A stretch of DNA of 64,000 nucleotides from Lama guanicoe. Taxonomy: Eukaryota. The notes under the pieces are model-generated. The model was not told where the DNA came from, did no database searches, and saw nothing but the letters and a program-made list of their open reading frames with translations. Below, one piece after another: positions 23,561-36,515 of this stretch; within the stretch, counting starts at the first letter, position 1; each line of letters starts with the position of its first letter. The position numbers and the translations under genes are program-made. The DNA lies in the NCBI GenBank assembly GCA_013239625.1, contig MU053493.1, positions 1,559,793 to 1,623,792 on the forward strand, given 5' to 3'.

Positions 23561-24872
23561 CCCTCCCATTTTGGAATTTACCAGTTAAGTAATTAATATA
23601 GACCTTGAACCTTGACCATCTCTCCAGGCTGCTAGGCCTTTGCCCACAGCCTTAAGCTCACAGAAGTCTGTTCTAGCTCCTGGATGATCACTTCCCAGTG
23701 GCCTCCCCACCTACAACTGAAGCTGTCCAGGGGCCAGCTCCACTGGCTCCCAGCACCCACCCCATGGGCAGCATCTCTCCCCAACAGAAGGGTCTCCCAC
23801 AGCCACCCCGAGGGTCCAGGAGAGGAGGAGGGGCCACAAAGCAGAGACCTGTTTACCGTTTCAGCCCTGCTGCTCCCATCGGGTCTCCTCAGCCCCTTGG
23901 CTTCCTTCCCTGTCTTACTCACAAAAGTCGGCCCTGCCCACAAGATACTGTCAATTTCACCTTGCTCCCCCTCACTCCTTTTTCACCCATACCCAACAAT
24001 GCACTCTGTTTTTGCAAATTTCAGGCTCTCAAATGGATGCTGGAAACAGTAGACTGAAGAAGGCTGCATCTATTGGGGACCGTGGTCCCATCTGTTGACG
24101 GTAAAAGCTTGGACTGCAGCAGCGAGACCTTAGACCTTACGTTAGGGAGCATCCTGCAGTTTACAGGGGACTTCCTCTTGCCCAGACTGGGTGCCACGGG
24201 GGCTTTTCCAGCTACGGAAAATTAATGTGCCCAGAGTCTCACAGGTCTCCTGGCGTGGAGCAGGCCGGCTCTGGGAAAGAGCAGGGCCACCTGTCTCTTG
24301 TCCTGAAACACAGGGGCAGGTGGGTGGCCAGATGGGCCAGAGGGATGACAAAGCACCCCCCTTGGCGGGGGAGGGGGGTGCTGCTCTCCTGATACAGGTG
24401 ATGATCTCCAGCTTCCATTTAGGGGCTCAGGTCCAGCCTGGCCGCACACACACGCTTGCCTTTAATCCTGATTTAGGATGCTTCCAATTGCAGGATGCTT
24501 AAGCCTGGGGAATGGGGTAGGAGTAATAACATTTGGGCTTAGGGTGAAGTTAATTCTTTCCACTCTTTGGGGTCTGCAGATCTCGGCGATTTCAGATGGC
24601 ACATGTAACCACATGAGCTCCCCCAGTCTCTGTTTTTTCAGTGGGTTCCCAGCCTGCTCCAATCCTCTCACCAAACTCTTGCAGCCTTGACTTTCTTTCC
24701 GGTGCTGCTATGAAGAGACTTTTCTTCATTGGCCCCAAACCAATGAAGCCTTTCTGAGTCCTGACAAATCAAGGTGCACTCTTTTAAGAAAGAAGGGGAA
24801 GGAAGGAGAGAAATGGAGAAGCAAAAAGAAAAAAAGCAGAGAGAGAGAAAGACAGAGAGAGGAAGAGATTTA

Positions 24873-25363
24873 TTTATTTATTTAAACAAAAATTTTAATT
24901 GAAATATATTTGATTTACAATGTTGTGTTAGTTTCAGGTGTACAGCATAGTGATTCAGTTAAACACACATATATTCTTTTCCAGATTCTTTTTCATTATA
25001 GGTTATTAGAAGCTATTGAATATAGTTCCCTGTGCTATACAGTAGGTCCTTGCTGTTTATCTATTTTATATATAGTAGTTTGTATCTGCTAATCCCAAAC
25101 TCCTACCCTTTCCCCTTTGGTAACCGTAAGTTTGTTTTCTATTTCTGCTTTGTAAATAAGTTGATTTGTATCATTTTTTTTAGATTCCACATATAAATGA
25201 CATTTTATGATATTTGTTCTTCTCTGTCTGACTTACTTCACTTAGTATGATCATCTCTAGGTCCATCCATGTTGCTGCAAATGGCATTACTTCACTCTTT
25301 TTTATGGCTGAGTAGTATTTCATTGTGTATGTATACCACAACTCCTTTATTCAGTCATCTGTC
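24873..25363 (-). mobile_element. 5'-truncated artiodactyl-type L1 3' end
   Basis: ttgatttacaatgttgtgttagtttcaggtgtacagcatagtgattcag...; flanking repeat aagagattta at 24863 and 25372. Confidence 0.9.
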
Positions 25364-27050
25364 AAGAGAATAAGAGATTTAGGCAAACAGTCAGTGCAAA
25401 AATGATGTCCTTAGTGAAAACCAGGGCTGCTACTGACCCAACACCCAGACATGATGAACATATAGCTGATCGCCATGCCCACTGCAGACAGATATTACTG
25501 ATCCATTGCAGAGTTATTTATCTGCCATCTCTGGCTTGTTTCAGGTGTCTTCCAACCCAGAGACCGAGCAACCAGGACCATATATATTTGACAGGAATGT
25601 CCATCAGAGCAGTCATTTCATTCTGCCTGGGTGATATTTACATTTACTGCCTGGCTGGTAGAAGGTAATCTCCTTGCAGGTGGTTGGGGATCTTGTCTTT
25701 AGGAATGAAACAGAGCTATAGTTTCTGAAAAATGGATGGCATCACTCATTAGGGCTCATTCCCTTTACATCAACCCATCCTGCCCCCACCCCAAGTTCAG
25801 GGGCTCAACCCACAGATTCTGGGAGCTGAGAGATGGACAGCACCCCCTGCCCCAGAATATCCCAATTTCCTGTCAGTGACTCTGGGGAAAGGAGGCCAGG
25901 GAGAAATCTTCCCTGTGAGATGTGGTGAGAGCTCCCCAGTGTCACCAGGGAGATGGGTTTGGAAGGAGGGAGGGAAACTGATGTGTCCACAGATCTGGCT
26001 ATTGGATTGGTGCCTTCTGTACCAGGTGCAGGTTTGAGTCTCTCTAGACCAGAGTTAGAGGGACAGAACTTTACTGTGGATTGCTAAGAGTGTAAAGGCT
26101 GTAGGGTTGTATCTGGTGTTTGTATTGAATCTTTAATAATCAGAACTTTCGATTAACCAGAACACATGATTGGGATGGAAAGCGAGGGTTATTTCTGCAA
26201 TTATGCCTCTAACTGCACCTGAAGACTTGAAAATCGCCCATCCCTTTAACCACCAGACAAGGCCCCTGACATTGGGTGGCTTCCACTCAAATTCTTTTTC
26301 CTTCAAACCTGTTTTTTTTCTCCCACACAATCTCATCTTGGGGTCAGGAGAAACAAAGCCACGTGACTGACAGATTCTGATGGACAGCCCCCGCACCGTG
26401 CAGACCTGTCGACCCGTCAGTCAGTGCTCCCCTGGGCAGCTGCCCCTTCGTCCACATGGGAGTGCCAGGTTCAGAGGTCATGGTCTGGCCAATGAGCCCA
26501 GGAGGAGGCAAAGAGGTGGGGTGGGGAAAGAAGAGGCAGCCGGGCAAGTGTCAAGGCTCCCCCATCACTCTTCTCACCTGATTCCTTCAACCAGAAGAAA
26601 CGTGATGTATGCAGCAAGCACCCCTGCCTTTTCCTTTACAGCAAGAGAAGCGACCATTTGAGCAAAAGAGGCCAGCTCTTTCTCTGCTGAGTAGAAGCAG
26701 CTAGGCATCATGGAGGAGATTTGTTTGTTCTTCAGACACTCTGCTCAGTAGCAGCCCTGGAAGGAGGTTGAACCGGAAGGCTGTCCTGCCAGAGTGGTTT
26801 CCATCACAGAGCTCAGAGGCATCAGGAAAGTTGTGTGGACAATTGGGTGGAAGTCAAGAAGGACACTGGAAAAAACTAACTTGAAATCCTGACCCCTTCA
26901 GTCAAAATAGAAAAACCAAGACATAAAAAAGAAAAAAGTAATGTATAATTCTCTATGTATGCAATTATTTTTCGTGACATAAATAATACCCTAATATGCT
27001 CTATGTGTATAAAATCAAGCAACACAAAAAAGCAAAAATTCGCCTTAACA

Positions 27051-27315
27051 GAAAGAGACTCATGAACATAGAAAACGAACTTATGGTTACCAGTGGAGAG
27101 AGGAGGGAGGAGGGATAAATTAGGACTTTGGGGTACATATATATATAGTAGATAACCAACAAGGACCTACTGTATAGCTATATTCAATACCTTGTAATAA
27201 CCTATAATAAAAAAGAACCTGAAAAAGAAAAATATATATATGTATGTATAACTGAATCACTATGCTGTACACCAGAAACAACACAACATTGTAAATCAAC
27301 TAGACTTCAATTAAA
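27051..27315 (+). mobile_element. 5'-truncated artiodactyl-type L1 3' end
   Basis: ataactgaatcactatgctgtacaccagaaacaacacaacattgtaaatcaact; TSD aaaaattcgccttaaca / aaaaatccaccttaaca. Confidence 0.9.
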
Positions 27316-27939
27316 AAAAATCCACCTTAACACCACAGTCCTCTAGTCGCTTTAGGAGGGCCTCCAGACAGTGTGTAAACCCAAGGGAGGATGTGGTTTG
27401 TCTGTGAGGGTTTGTGAGCTTCTTAAATAGATATTATCATAACACTTGTTCTCTATGCAACTTGCATATTCACTTAAAAGTGTATCTGGGAAGTCTTTCC
27501 CTGCCTGGACATAGATGCACCTCACTGTGCAGTAGCTGCCTAGTATTTCAGAACATAGATGCACCAACATCTACTTACCAACCCTCTACTGATAGATACC
27601 TAAGTAGTCTGCAGGGTTTTTGCTCTATAAGCAATACTTCAATGAGAATCTTATTCACAGTTTTGTGCCTGCATGTGCAAATGTCTCTTGGAGGTAGATG
27701 GCCAAGAAGTGGATGTTGAATATTCACAGAGGCATTGTTATACCTATGGCAAATTTCTTTCCCTATTTAGGTTTTTTTCCTTCAGCAATTTTTGAAAAAG
27801 AAAATAAAAACACCTGAAATCTCAACACTCTGAGATAATAAACTTTGCCATTTTTCACACATACTCAAGTGCACACACACACATTTACATTAATGGGGCC
27901 TCATCAGCCTGCCTTATAAAAAACTGAAGTACTCTTTTT

Positions 27940-28010
27940 AAAAAAAAAAATAGAGGTGCTGAGGACCTCGTGCATGCTAAGCATGAGCTCTACCACTAAG
28001 CTATACCCAT
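27940..28010 (-). mobile_element. Vic-1-type SINE (internally deleted)
   Basis: aggacctcgtgcatgctaagcatgagctctaccactaagctataccc; TSD ag(t/c)actctttt. Confidence 0.8.
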
Positions 28011-28099
28011 GAGCACTCTTTTAATGAAGCCCTTCTCCTTTTGAATTGCTCTCTCAACTCCCCACCTCCCTCAGGCACTAATCTTTTTAATCTAATATG

Positions 28100-29360
28100 A
28101 ACTCCTGGTTAAACATAGTGGATTGAGAATATGCATTAACCTCTGCTCCTCCCCCAAAACCCTGCTAAAATGACAGTAAGTGGATGACAAAGGCATTATC
28201 CCTAAAAGGCAAAAAGATCAGCAGAATACTAGATAGCACTCAAGAAATGCCCAGAACAATTGGGAAGCTGGGGAGCATATGGATTGACCACTACCCTTGA
28301 TCTAGGAGAGTAGGGAAAGCTGACCCATAGCTGCCTTCAGCAGGAAGCTAACAGCACCCAGCTGATTTGCAACTGATGACCCCAGATATTTCAATAGGTG
28401 GGGGGCATCTGAAACCCCTTGGGAAAATATGAAAACAGAAGTAGCTGCAAGTCAGTCTAACAAGCAACTTAATCTCCAGTTTGTCTCTTTCACCTCTCAA
28501 GTGACTTTCCTCCCCTCTCCTGGTAGAAGATGAAGTGTGTTGTCTGGGGAGGTGGAATCATAAGGTCTACGGATGTAGGAATACCAGGCACAGCCCAGGG
28601 AATGAGTTCCCTTCTGAATACCGGGCAAACAAATGTGAATGCTTGGACCCACTCCTCCCACAGCTCAGGGAACCTTAGTAGACAAGCTTATCCTCCCAGA
28701 TAAGAGGCTGGAGGGTTTCTGTCTGCAAGAATTACTTTATAGAAAAGATACACAGATGCTGGTGTTACCAAGACTGTTGCCTCAGAATCATATGTCTGCC
28801 CCACCCTCAAATGGAAACCAATTACTCTTATCTAAGTTTCAGAAGGAAGCTGCAAAGAGGAAAAAAAAAAACCAAGAAGTGGTTAGAACCAACTAGGCCC
28901 AAGATGGCGGAAGATTTGACTTCCAGTGGACCTTGAGCCTCATTATACACTCATTGTAATGCATTAGCTTCTAAATGAAACACCCACCAAAGCCATGACA
29001 GTTGAAAGTTGTCATGACAAGAACCTTGAGAGTATTATAATAGGTCTGGCTTAGAGTTTAGAGATAAGCTAATAAAAACAGAAAGCTAATCAAATGAAGA
29101 AAAGTTCAGGAAGAATCAACTTCAGGAAAAACAAAACACTGAAAGGAAATTACAATAACACTATATGAATTAGAAATGAATGATTACATAGTCAAAGTAA
29201 TGAAAACACTAAATATTGATTTACTTCTGAATTATATCACCCTATGAGGAAGATAGCTGGAGGGGGGAAGTTGGGGGTTGTGGTGAAGGTTGTTGTACAA
29301 TATCTATATCTCTTTCTTATTTAAAAAGTTAGTAAATAATGTCTAAAATTTAATATGCTA
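28100..29360 (+). mobile_element. Old L1/HAL1 5'-region fragments
   Basis: ctcctggttaaacatagtggattgaga...cctctgctcctcccccaaaaccctgctaaaatgacagtaa resembles ancient L1 5' ends. Confidence 0.5.
28870..29030 (+). mobile_element. MER41-like ERV1 LTR fragment
   Basis: ccaagatggcgg...ctcattatacactcattgtaatgcattagc...cccaccaaagccatgacagtt resembles the recalled MER41 core. Confidence 0.55.
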
Positions 29361-29379
29361 ATATCTCTGTATCTATCTA

Positions 29380-30745
29380 CCTACATTTTATTTTATTAAA
29401 AATTGCAGGATATTATGTAAACTTTCTACATCTTTCCACAACTTGTTTTCTGTAACAACATATTATGGAAATTCTTCCAGGTCAACTGGTATTGAACCAA
29501 CTTTTTATTTTAGTGGTTGTATATCTTAACATGACTTATTTAACTGTTTCTCCTTTGAATGACACTGATTTTGCTTCCAGGTTTTCTTTTTTCTGCTACT
29601 ACAAACAGTGTTGCAGTTAATGTTTTTGAATATATATATATAATATATATTATATATATTATATATGTATATATTGGTTTTGAATATTAGATGGAGCTTT
29701 ATTTTCTGGGGGACAGATCCAGGAGAGGCATTGCTAGTCTAAAAGTATGTGTACTTTATTTTAATAATATAGCTAGATTGACTTCCAAGAAGAATTGCAA
29801 CAATGAATGAGAATACATATATCAAAGTCTCCTTTCAAGACTTTCAGTAAAATTCTGTCATTTTCCTCACAGAAAATGTGCTTAGGCTTATTACCAGGTA
29901 TTTTATTATTTTTTAGCAATTAGATGGGAATTATTTTCTAAATGAATATGCTTGAGAATAGGAAACCTATTATTTTTTCTATGCTGAATTAGTATCTTGC
30001 AATCTTACTGAACCTTCATTATTCTAATAGCTTATTTGCTGGTTTTCCTGGCTTTTTCTGGGCAGACAGGTTTTCCTATTCTTTTCCAATATTTATATAA
30101 TTTCTCTCTTTTTCACATCTTACTGTCTTTCCTCATTGGTTACCACCTCCAGAAAAATGTTGAATAACAGGGATATCAGGCATCTTGGCGCTATCTTTGA
30201 CATTGATGAGAATATTTCTAACATTATACCAATTAGCATTGCAACTCCATATGCTCCCAGTAGAGGTCTGTCATCAAGTTATGGACGTTTCCTCTTGTTC
30301 TTAGTTTGCTCAGAGTTTTGGGGTTTTTTTCTTTTTGTTTTAATAAGGAATGATTACTAACTGATGTCAAGTATGTTTTTGGCCGTATTGAGATGGGTCA
30401 TATTGTTTTGGCAACTATGGAGATGATTGGATGGCATTTCGTTGTTAATCTGTTGATATGCTTAAGTACACAAAAAGACTTTCTATTGTTGAGCCATCCT
30501 TGCCTTCCTGAGAATAAGGGGTACCCTTGCTGGTTAGGTGGTGCTGTTCTTTTGGAATGAACTCCACTAGATTTAATTTGTTACCATATTCTTTATGAGT
30601 TTTCCGTCTATTTCACCAGTGAACTGGCCTAAGGTGCTCTCTCTTGGTCTGGCTTTGGTGTTAGGTTTCTGCTCGCTCCATAAAACAAGTTGGGAAAGTT
30701 TCCATACTTTTTCTAGTCTCTGAAACTTGAAGAAATGATAAAACT
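29380..30745 (-). mobile_element. Degraded L1ME-type ORF2/3' fragments
   Basis: T-rich antisense L1 phrases (gttgagccatccttgccttcctgagaataa; aaaatgttgaataacagggata); internal (TA)n at ~29630-29672. Confidence 0.7.
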
Positions 30746-31699
30746 AGAACACAATGAGCCAGACAGATCTGGGGCAGGCTCCAAGGAGTCCCATGAGGGA
30801 GACACACATCAACCAAGGACGTCACGTACTCGTGCAGTGGCCGACGTGTGAGAGCCACCAAGGACAAGAGGATGCTCGCTCTGATATCCAGGGGGCATGG
30901 TGGGCGGAGAGTAGACCAAAGCCAGTGAGACTGGACACCATCTCAGCAGAGGCAGCTCCTTAGAGGCAGGCAAGGATTTGGGTCAGTCCTAAGCCCTGAG
31001 GGATTTTAAGCAGAAGCATTACATGACCAGATCTGCATTTTTAAAAGATTGCCTTTTTTAGTTTAGGTGTAGATACAAGTAGGGGACAGAAGTGATCTGA
31101 GAAACCCAGTAGGGGCTATTAGCACAGTGGTTCTCGTGAGTCTTCATGGCAGTCTGCACCACGTGCCGAGGTGGAGAGGAATGGACAGACGGACACGCCA
31201 GCTGCCCAGGAAACGCAATAGGGGGCCCAGGGCACAAAGCATCCCAGGCCTCTGGCTTTGTATTGGGCTGATGTGGTGTGATCCTTGAGACATAAACCCT
31301 GGAGAAGATCCAGGTATGAGAAATAGACCCAAGAGCCGCGGGGGACATGCTGAGCTGGGGCGCACATTTGGGAGCCGTGCAGATCGTGAGTCAGCCAGGA
31401 GCTGGGTACAAGGTGTAGGACCTGGAAGGGTGGTCAGAACTCCAGGGTGCATTTGGAAAGTATCAGATGGCAATGGAGCTGAGGGCCTGGATGAGCTCAC
31501 CTCGGATGGGGGTAAGGTGAGAGGAGGGCTCAACACAGAGCGGGGAGGAATGTAACAAATTTGGGTGCAAGAGGCCGGACCATCCCAGGGCTTGAAGACT
31601 TGCCAAGAGATGAGGCAGAACTCTCAGCCAGTATGGTGATTAAGCATCGAATGCTTCTGCAAGGCCACGGAAAATGAGGACTGGAAATACTATCAGGTT

Positions 31700-32460
31700 T
31701 AGCACACGGAGCTCCTGTGTTGTCTCCTCAAATCCACTTCCCCACAGCCTTTCTGCATCACTTGAGGCAACTCCACTCTTCCAGCAGCTGTGGCCCGAAG
31801 CCCGTGTCCCCTGACTTTCCTCCCCTGTCACCCCTACATCCAGTCCATCACACATTCTCTCGGCTCTGCCTTCACAGGGTCAGGCCACCATCCATCGCTC
31901 TGTTACCACCACCCTGCTCTTGGTGGCCCCCATCTTGATGGCTGGGCTCCCAGCTTCTGCCCTGGTCCCTCCAGCTAATCCGTCTGGGACCGCAGTGATT
32001 TGTTTAAAATGCAAATCAGATTACGTGGCTGAACAAAACCTAGACCCTTAGAATGGCTTCCAGGGCCTGCACCGTCCCCACCACATGTCTGACTCCCCTT
32101 CCAGGCACCTGTGCCCTCTGGCTCTTTCTCGAAGGTGCCAGACACACCCCCACATCAAGGCTTGCACCCCAACTGCTGCCTTTACTTGGAGCCTCCTCCC
32201 AAATTCCTGCAGCTTAGTCAGTCACCTCCCCTGGGCCTTTGCGTCTTCTCAGAAACCTCTCCTATTCAGAGTTGCTACCCCCACCCCAGCCGTTCTCCTT
32301 GCCTTATTAGCCTCCCTGGCACTTAAGGTGACTGTTCCCACAATAAGACCAGCTCCAGGGGAGCGGGGATTCTCCCCCGCCCGCTCACTACTGTGTCCCT
32401 GGCATCGGGTGTGCCCCGTACTGAGCTCACAGCAGAGGCTCAAAAACACTGGCTGAATGA
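31700..32460 (+). mobile_element. L2 3' region
   Basis: acatccagtccatcac...tttaaaatgcaaatcagatt...ctcaaaaacactggctgaatga (L2 tail). Confidence 0.7.
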
Positions 32461-33289
32461 CTCAAGGGTGATAAGAGGTGTGAAGTGGGAGCAGAGGGCT
32501 GGCCCTGCCTGGCAGGTCTAACTTCCAGGCGAGGGGTAGAAGATGTGTTGGCGAGAAGCCAGAGGTGGGACTCCCCAAGCTCCTAAGCCAGGCTCCAAGA
32601 GGAAGAGGTAGTGTCTCCAAGGTCAAGCAGCCTCCTGAGAACCAGAAGCCAGACGTCGAATCAGAGTCCCGCCCAGACGGCTGCGGGCTCCAGTGGCTTC
32701 TCTTTTATTGCATTGATTCAGAGCCCACCTGTCCCTAAAACGTTGCCCAATGACCTTGGGGATACATCACCACTGTCCACTCTGAGACTCAGTCTTTGGG
32801 TGTGAGAGGCCAGACCACCCATACCTGCAGGTGTGGTGACACCCATTCCCATGCAGGAGGGAGGAGGAGGGATAAGGATGATGATACACTTCGGGCCAGC
32901 TCAGCATAGACCCGTGAGCACAGCCGCGCTGAGCAGCCCTCAGGGAACACCTGCCATGTGCCCACCCAGAGCCCCGCGCCTAGACCTACAACCCCGCCTC
33001 CCTTAAGAAATTGAACCCTTTTGTAGGGGGCAAGGCAGACACCCCTGAAACAGGAATGAGAGGGCTGCACTCACCAGGCACGCAGAGTGCCAGCCCAGGA
33101 CAGACAGTCAACACAGGGTGTACACAGAAGACCTCGCTGTTTCATCGCCAGGTTAACAGGGGAGAAAGTGCACACCCATGGTTCTGGGAGAAAAGAGCCG
33201 TGACCCAGGGGGCGGGCCTGGGTGCTGCTCTTTCTTCCAGACTCCGGAGTCCAGGCGCTGCCCCGCCAGGGCTCAGCCTGCAGCTGCGG

Positions 33290-33490
33290 GCTGTGTGCCC
33301 TGATTTGCGCTTTTCTGCTCCGCACACCCAAATCCCTCCCGTGTCACCACCCTTTGCAGCCACCACTTTCTCAAAGTGGATTTACTTTCAATCGCCATTT
33401 GCTAAATCTGCCCCCTCTAAACCTTTGGGGCAGGGAGGGATTAAGCCTGATTACAGATGTTATAGAAGGGACCGGGGTGGGAGTCCGGCA
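33290..33490 (+). promoter_or_regulatory. TRPM1: TRPM1 distal (retinal, ON-bipolar-type) promoter
   Basis: GGATTA 33438-33443 overlapping TAAGCC, TGATTA 33448, E-box CAGATG 33454, TATA-like TATAGAA 33461-33467, immediately upstream of the recognised exon. Confidence 0.65.
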
Positions 33491-33634
33491 GGAGGGCGAC
33501 TGGAACCAGCACCCGCTCCTCCTCGGGGACCCAGCCGCCCCGCCTGGCCCCAGGCTCCGTATTCCCTCGCCAGCCCTGCGGGACCACGGTGAGGGCCGTG
33601 CCTCTGCCTACCCAGGGACACGGGAAGCAGCCTC

Positions 33635-33706
33635 ATGGGCTCCTTGAGGAAGATGAGCTCCTTCAAGAGGGGCTCACTCAAGAGCTCCACGTCAGGGTCA
33701 CAGAAG
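33635..33706 (+). CDS. TRPM1: TRPM1 (transient receptor potential melastatin 1) first coding exon of the long retinal isoform; partial CDS
   Basis: Encodes MGSLRKMSSFKRGSLKSSTSGSQK, matching recalled N-termini of human (MSSFKRGSLKSSTSGSQK) and mouse (MGSMRKMSSSFKRGSIKSSTSGSQK) TRPM1; consensus phase-0 donor AAG|GTGAGT at 33707; in-frame upstream TGA 33590-33592. Confidence 0.92.
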
Positions 33707-36399
33707 GTGAGTGAGCGAGGCCGGGTGGCCTGCGGGCAGGTGGACCCAAGGACAGGGGATGCGGGTCTCCAGCTGTGCCCGTAGCAGATGGGGATGGGTG
33801 TCTACGTTCAGAGCTTCCACATCAGGACCCCTTATCGGGAGGTGGCCTCCCACTTCCTGCCATCTGTACCATCACCTCCTGGCCGCCCTCACCTTCGTGT
33901 CTGTCCTGCACGGCACATGCAGGAGGCATCTGGAGGTGTGAGCCACACTGACTGCCTTGTGCACCGCCCAGATGCCCCGGGAGTGTGGAGTTTCACACTT
34001 GCTTCCCCCACCAGGATGCTGCTCCCTTTGCTCTCAGTGTCTTGCTATTATGTTCACCTTTGTTCCGCATCACACGTTTGTGGGAGAACCGTGTGGACTC
34101 TGGAGAACCTCACTGAGGATGAGGGACAGCTCAGAGCACCTGGAGAGCACCAGCTGGCTCCCAGGACTCTGAGCAGACTGAGGCAAAGGGGCTGTGATGC
34201 CTCCGCCCCAGGCCCTAGACTGGGCCTTGCAAAAAAGTGCGTTAATTCGAACCCTACATGTGCTTTCTCTGGGTGACAGGACCAAAGATTGCCTTAAATG
34301 ACCCTCTGAGTGCTGGGGGCCTGGACAGGCCACCACCTCACCCTTCTGCCCTGACTACCACTCAGAGCATTGGTGAGATCCAGCCCGGCTCACACCAGAG
34401 GCCTCTGGACACCTCCTAGCCCCCTAGGCTTGGTGGGGATCTCTGCTTCTCCCAGGTGCTGCCCACAGAGGGCATAGGCAGGAGCCCACCCCCTTGAGGG
34501 CCAGAGAGGATACAGTTTTCCCACGAGCATGCACTGAGCATCCCCGAGCAGACGGCGCACTGGGAACTGAGAACCAGAGCCAGAAGCCGCGTGAAGCAGG
34601 TGAACGCCCTGGGGAAAGGTCACTCACCTGGCTTAGGAGCAGAGGGTCACTGCAGCTCACCCGGCTTCAGGTTCCATCTGTAAACTGGGTGGGGCAGGTG
34701 TGCGCTATGTGGGCTGCATGTCTCCAACCTACTAAGGGCCTCAAATGGCAAACAGAAAAAGTTAAAGGCTTTCTTTTTAAATAAAGAGTGAAAATGCACC
34801 TCTTTCAGAAGTAGGGAAGACTCGTCCTTTGGAGGCTCCGTTGGGCATCTATCTGCCTTTGTGCATGTGTGAATCAGCCTTCTTTACAGAGGCAGCACAC
34901 ACCCATGTCTTGTATAAATTGCAAAACCACCAGCGCATTTGGCAAGAACAAGAGACTCACATGCAGCCCAGGGCCACATTGCTCCACGTGACCCGCCACC
35001 TCGCCCGACAAAGCCATCCACTCGGTTCTTGCTGATTGACACTGAAAAGGAACAGGCCTGATCGCTCTTGAATTGATGCCTCCCGCTGACCTGTCCCTGG
35101 CATCCTGCCTGTTGTTGGTGATGGGACGGGAGTCGGGGAGGTCCCAAATTGTAATAGGTGGGGTCTGGGAGCAGGGAGTGCAACAGGGTGGGAGGAGGGG
35201 AGAAGCACTCAAATTTTGCTCCAGGTTGAAAAATAGCTCCTCTTTTATACACACTCATGACCTTTGCAGTAGGACTATGAGCTGTCAATCACAAGTCTAA
35301 GAGCGAAGATGCTTCCCCTCCCCTGACATCCAAGGCAACGGTGCCAAGACCCTATAAAAGCTGCACACGGTTAAAAGTCTTAATGGCATAGTTTGCCCTC
35401 CGGCCTATTTATAACAGCCCTCAAGCTAAGAGGTAAATTTGCTGGTGGAAGAATGAATGACAATACTTATGGCTTTTAACAAAGCCCTTCTTTAAGAATG
35501 TGCTAGGAAACACTCACGAAAATTGGACAGGCAGACTGGACTGTTTTCATTTTGTTTTCTTGCATACTTGGCCCTCTTTTGACATCACTAGCTTGGTGCC
35601 AGTTCCCTATTTCCTAACCCACAGCCACACTCCTCTGCCTAGTGTTCACTGAAACATAAACGCTGCCCCTGTGAGAAAAAAACCAACACCAGGTACATCA
35701 TGTACAAGCCGCCTGAGGGTCATCTCATCTGGATCTCTTGCTGTAAAAGGCAGACTTGGCTCTGGTTCTTGGCTGATAAGCTTGTCCTGCCTCTGCGTCC
35801 CTTCCTTTGGTCTTGGACAAACAGGGACGGCCAGCATGGAGTCCTAGGGCAACGCATAAAACCCGGGGGACTTTAGGGCATCCCTCTCCCAGAAAAAGCC
35901 TCAAGTATTCATGTGGGAGGTGGAAAATGTACCTGTGATTCCTTATCTGTGCTCTCACCCCGTCTACATTTTATTTAGCAACAAGATGCAGGTAAAGTTG
36001 AGAGTCCATGACTAAGGTCCTAAACACAAGTATATAATAGTACAGCCCAGCAATTACGCCCTAGCATCTGCCTTGCCATGTGCTCAAGGAGACGCTCACA
36101 CAGCACTGCGCGTTGCAGAAAACCAGAAAGCACCAAGCAGGCCGTCTCTGAGGGTAAGGATAAGGTTCTGTTTATTCAAACAATGGAATATGGGTGCCAC
36201 TTAAGATGAATACCCCGGCCACATTTATCAACATGGATACGTTGATGGAAAAAAGCAAACTCTGAATGTGCACTATTTAGAGAAATTCTAAAACACGGGA
36301 AAATCCACAAAAATACTTCTGTTTCTTTAGGATGGAGGTGGTTAGCTGTATCCGTAATCTCTCTTCCTCTCTCTCTCTCCTTCCTTCCCTCCCTGCTTT

Positions 36400-36515
36400 G
36401 AGTGTGTGTGTGTGTGTCTGTGTGTTGTTAATGAAGGTGCTGGGGATTGAACCCAGGACCTCGTGCATGCTAAGCATGCGCTCTACCACTGAGCTACACC
36501 CTCCACCCTCCTCCC
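36400..36515 (-). mobile_element. Vic-1-type SINE with (CA)n/(GA)n tail
   Basis: ggggattgaacccaggacctcgtgcatgctaagcatgcgctctaccactgagctacaccc. Confidence 0.9.

Noticed and set aside
25400..26900. Unassigned unique-looking stretch with a possible acceptor at ~26641
   Set aside because: No recognisable protein, repeat family or matching donor; cannot be supported
33011..33592. 193-aa ORF in frame with the TRPM1 exon
   Set aside because: Ends at TGA before the true ATG, spans the promoter and has a non-ATG start; a chance GC-rich frame
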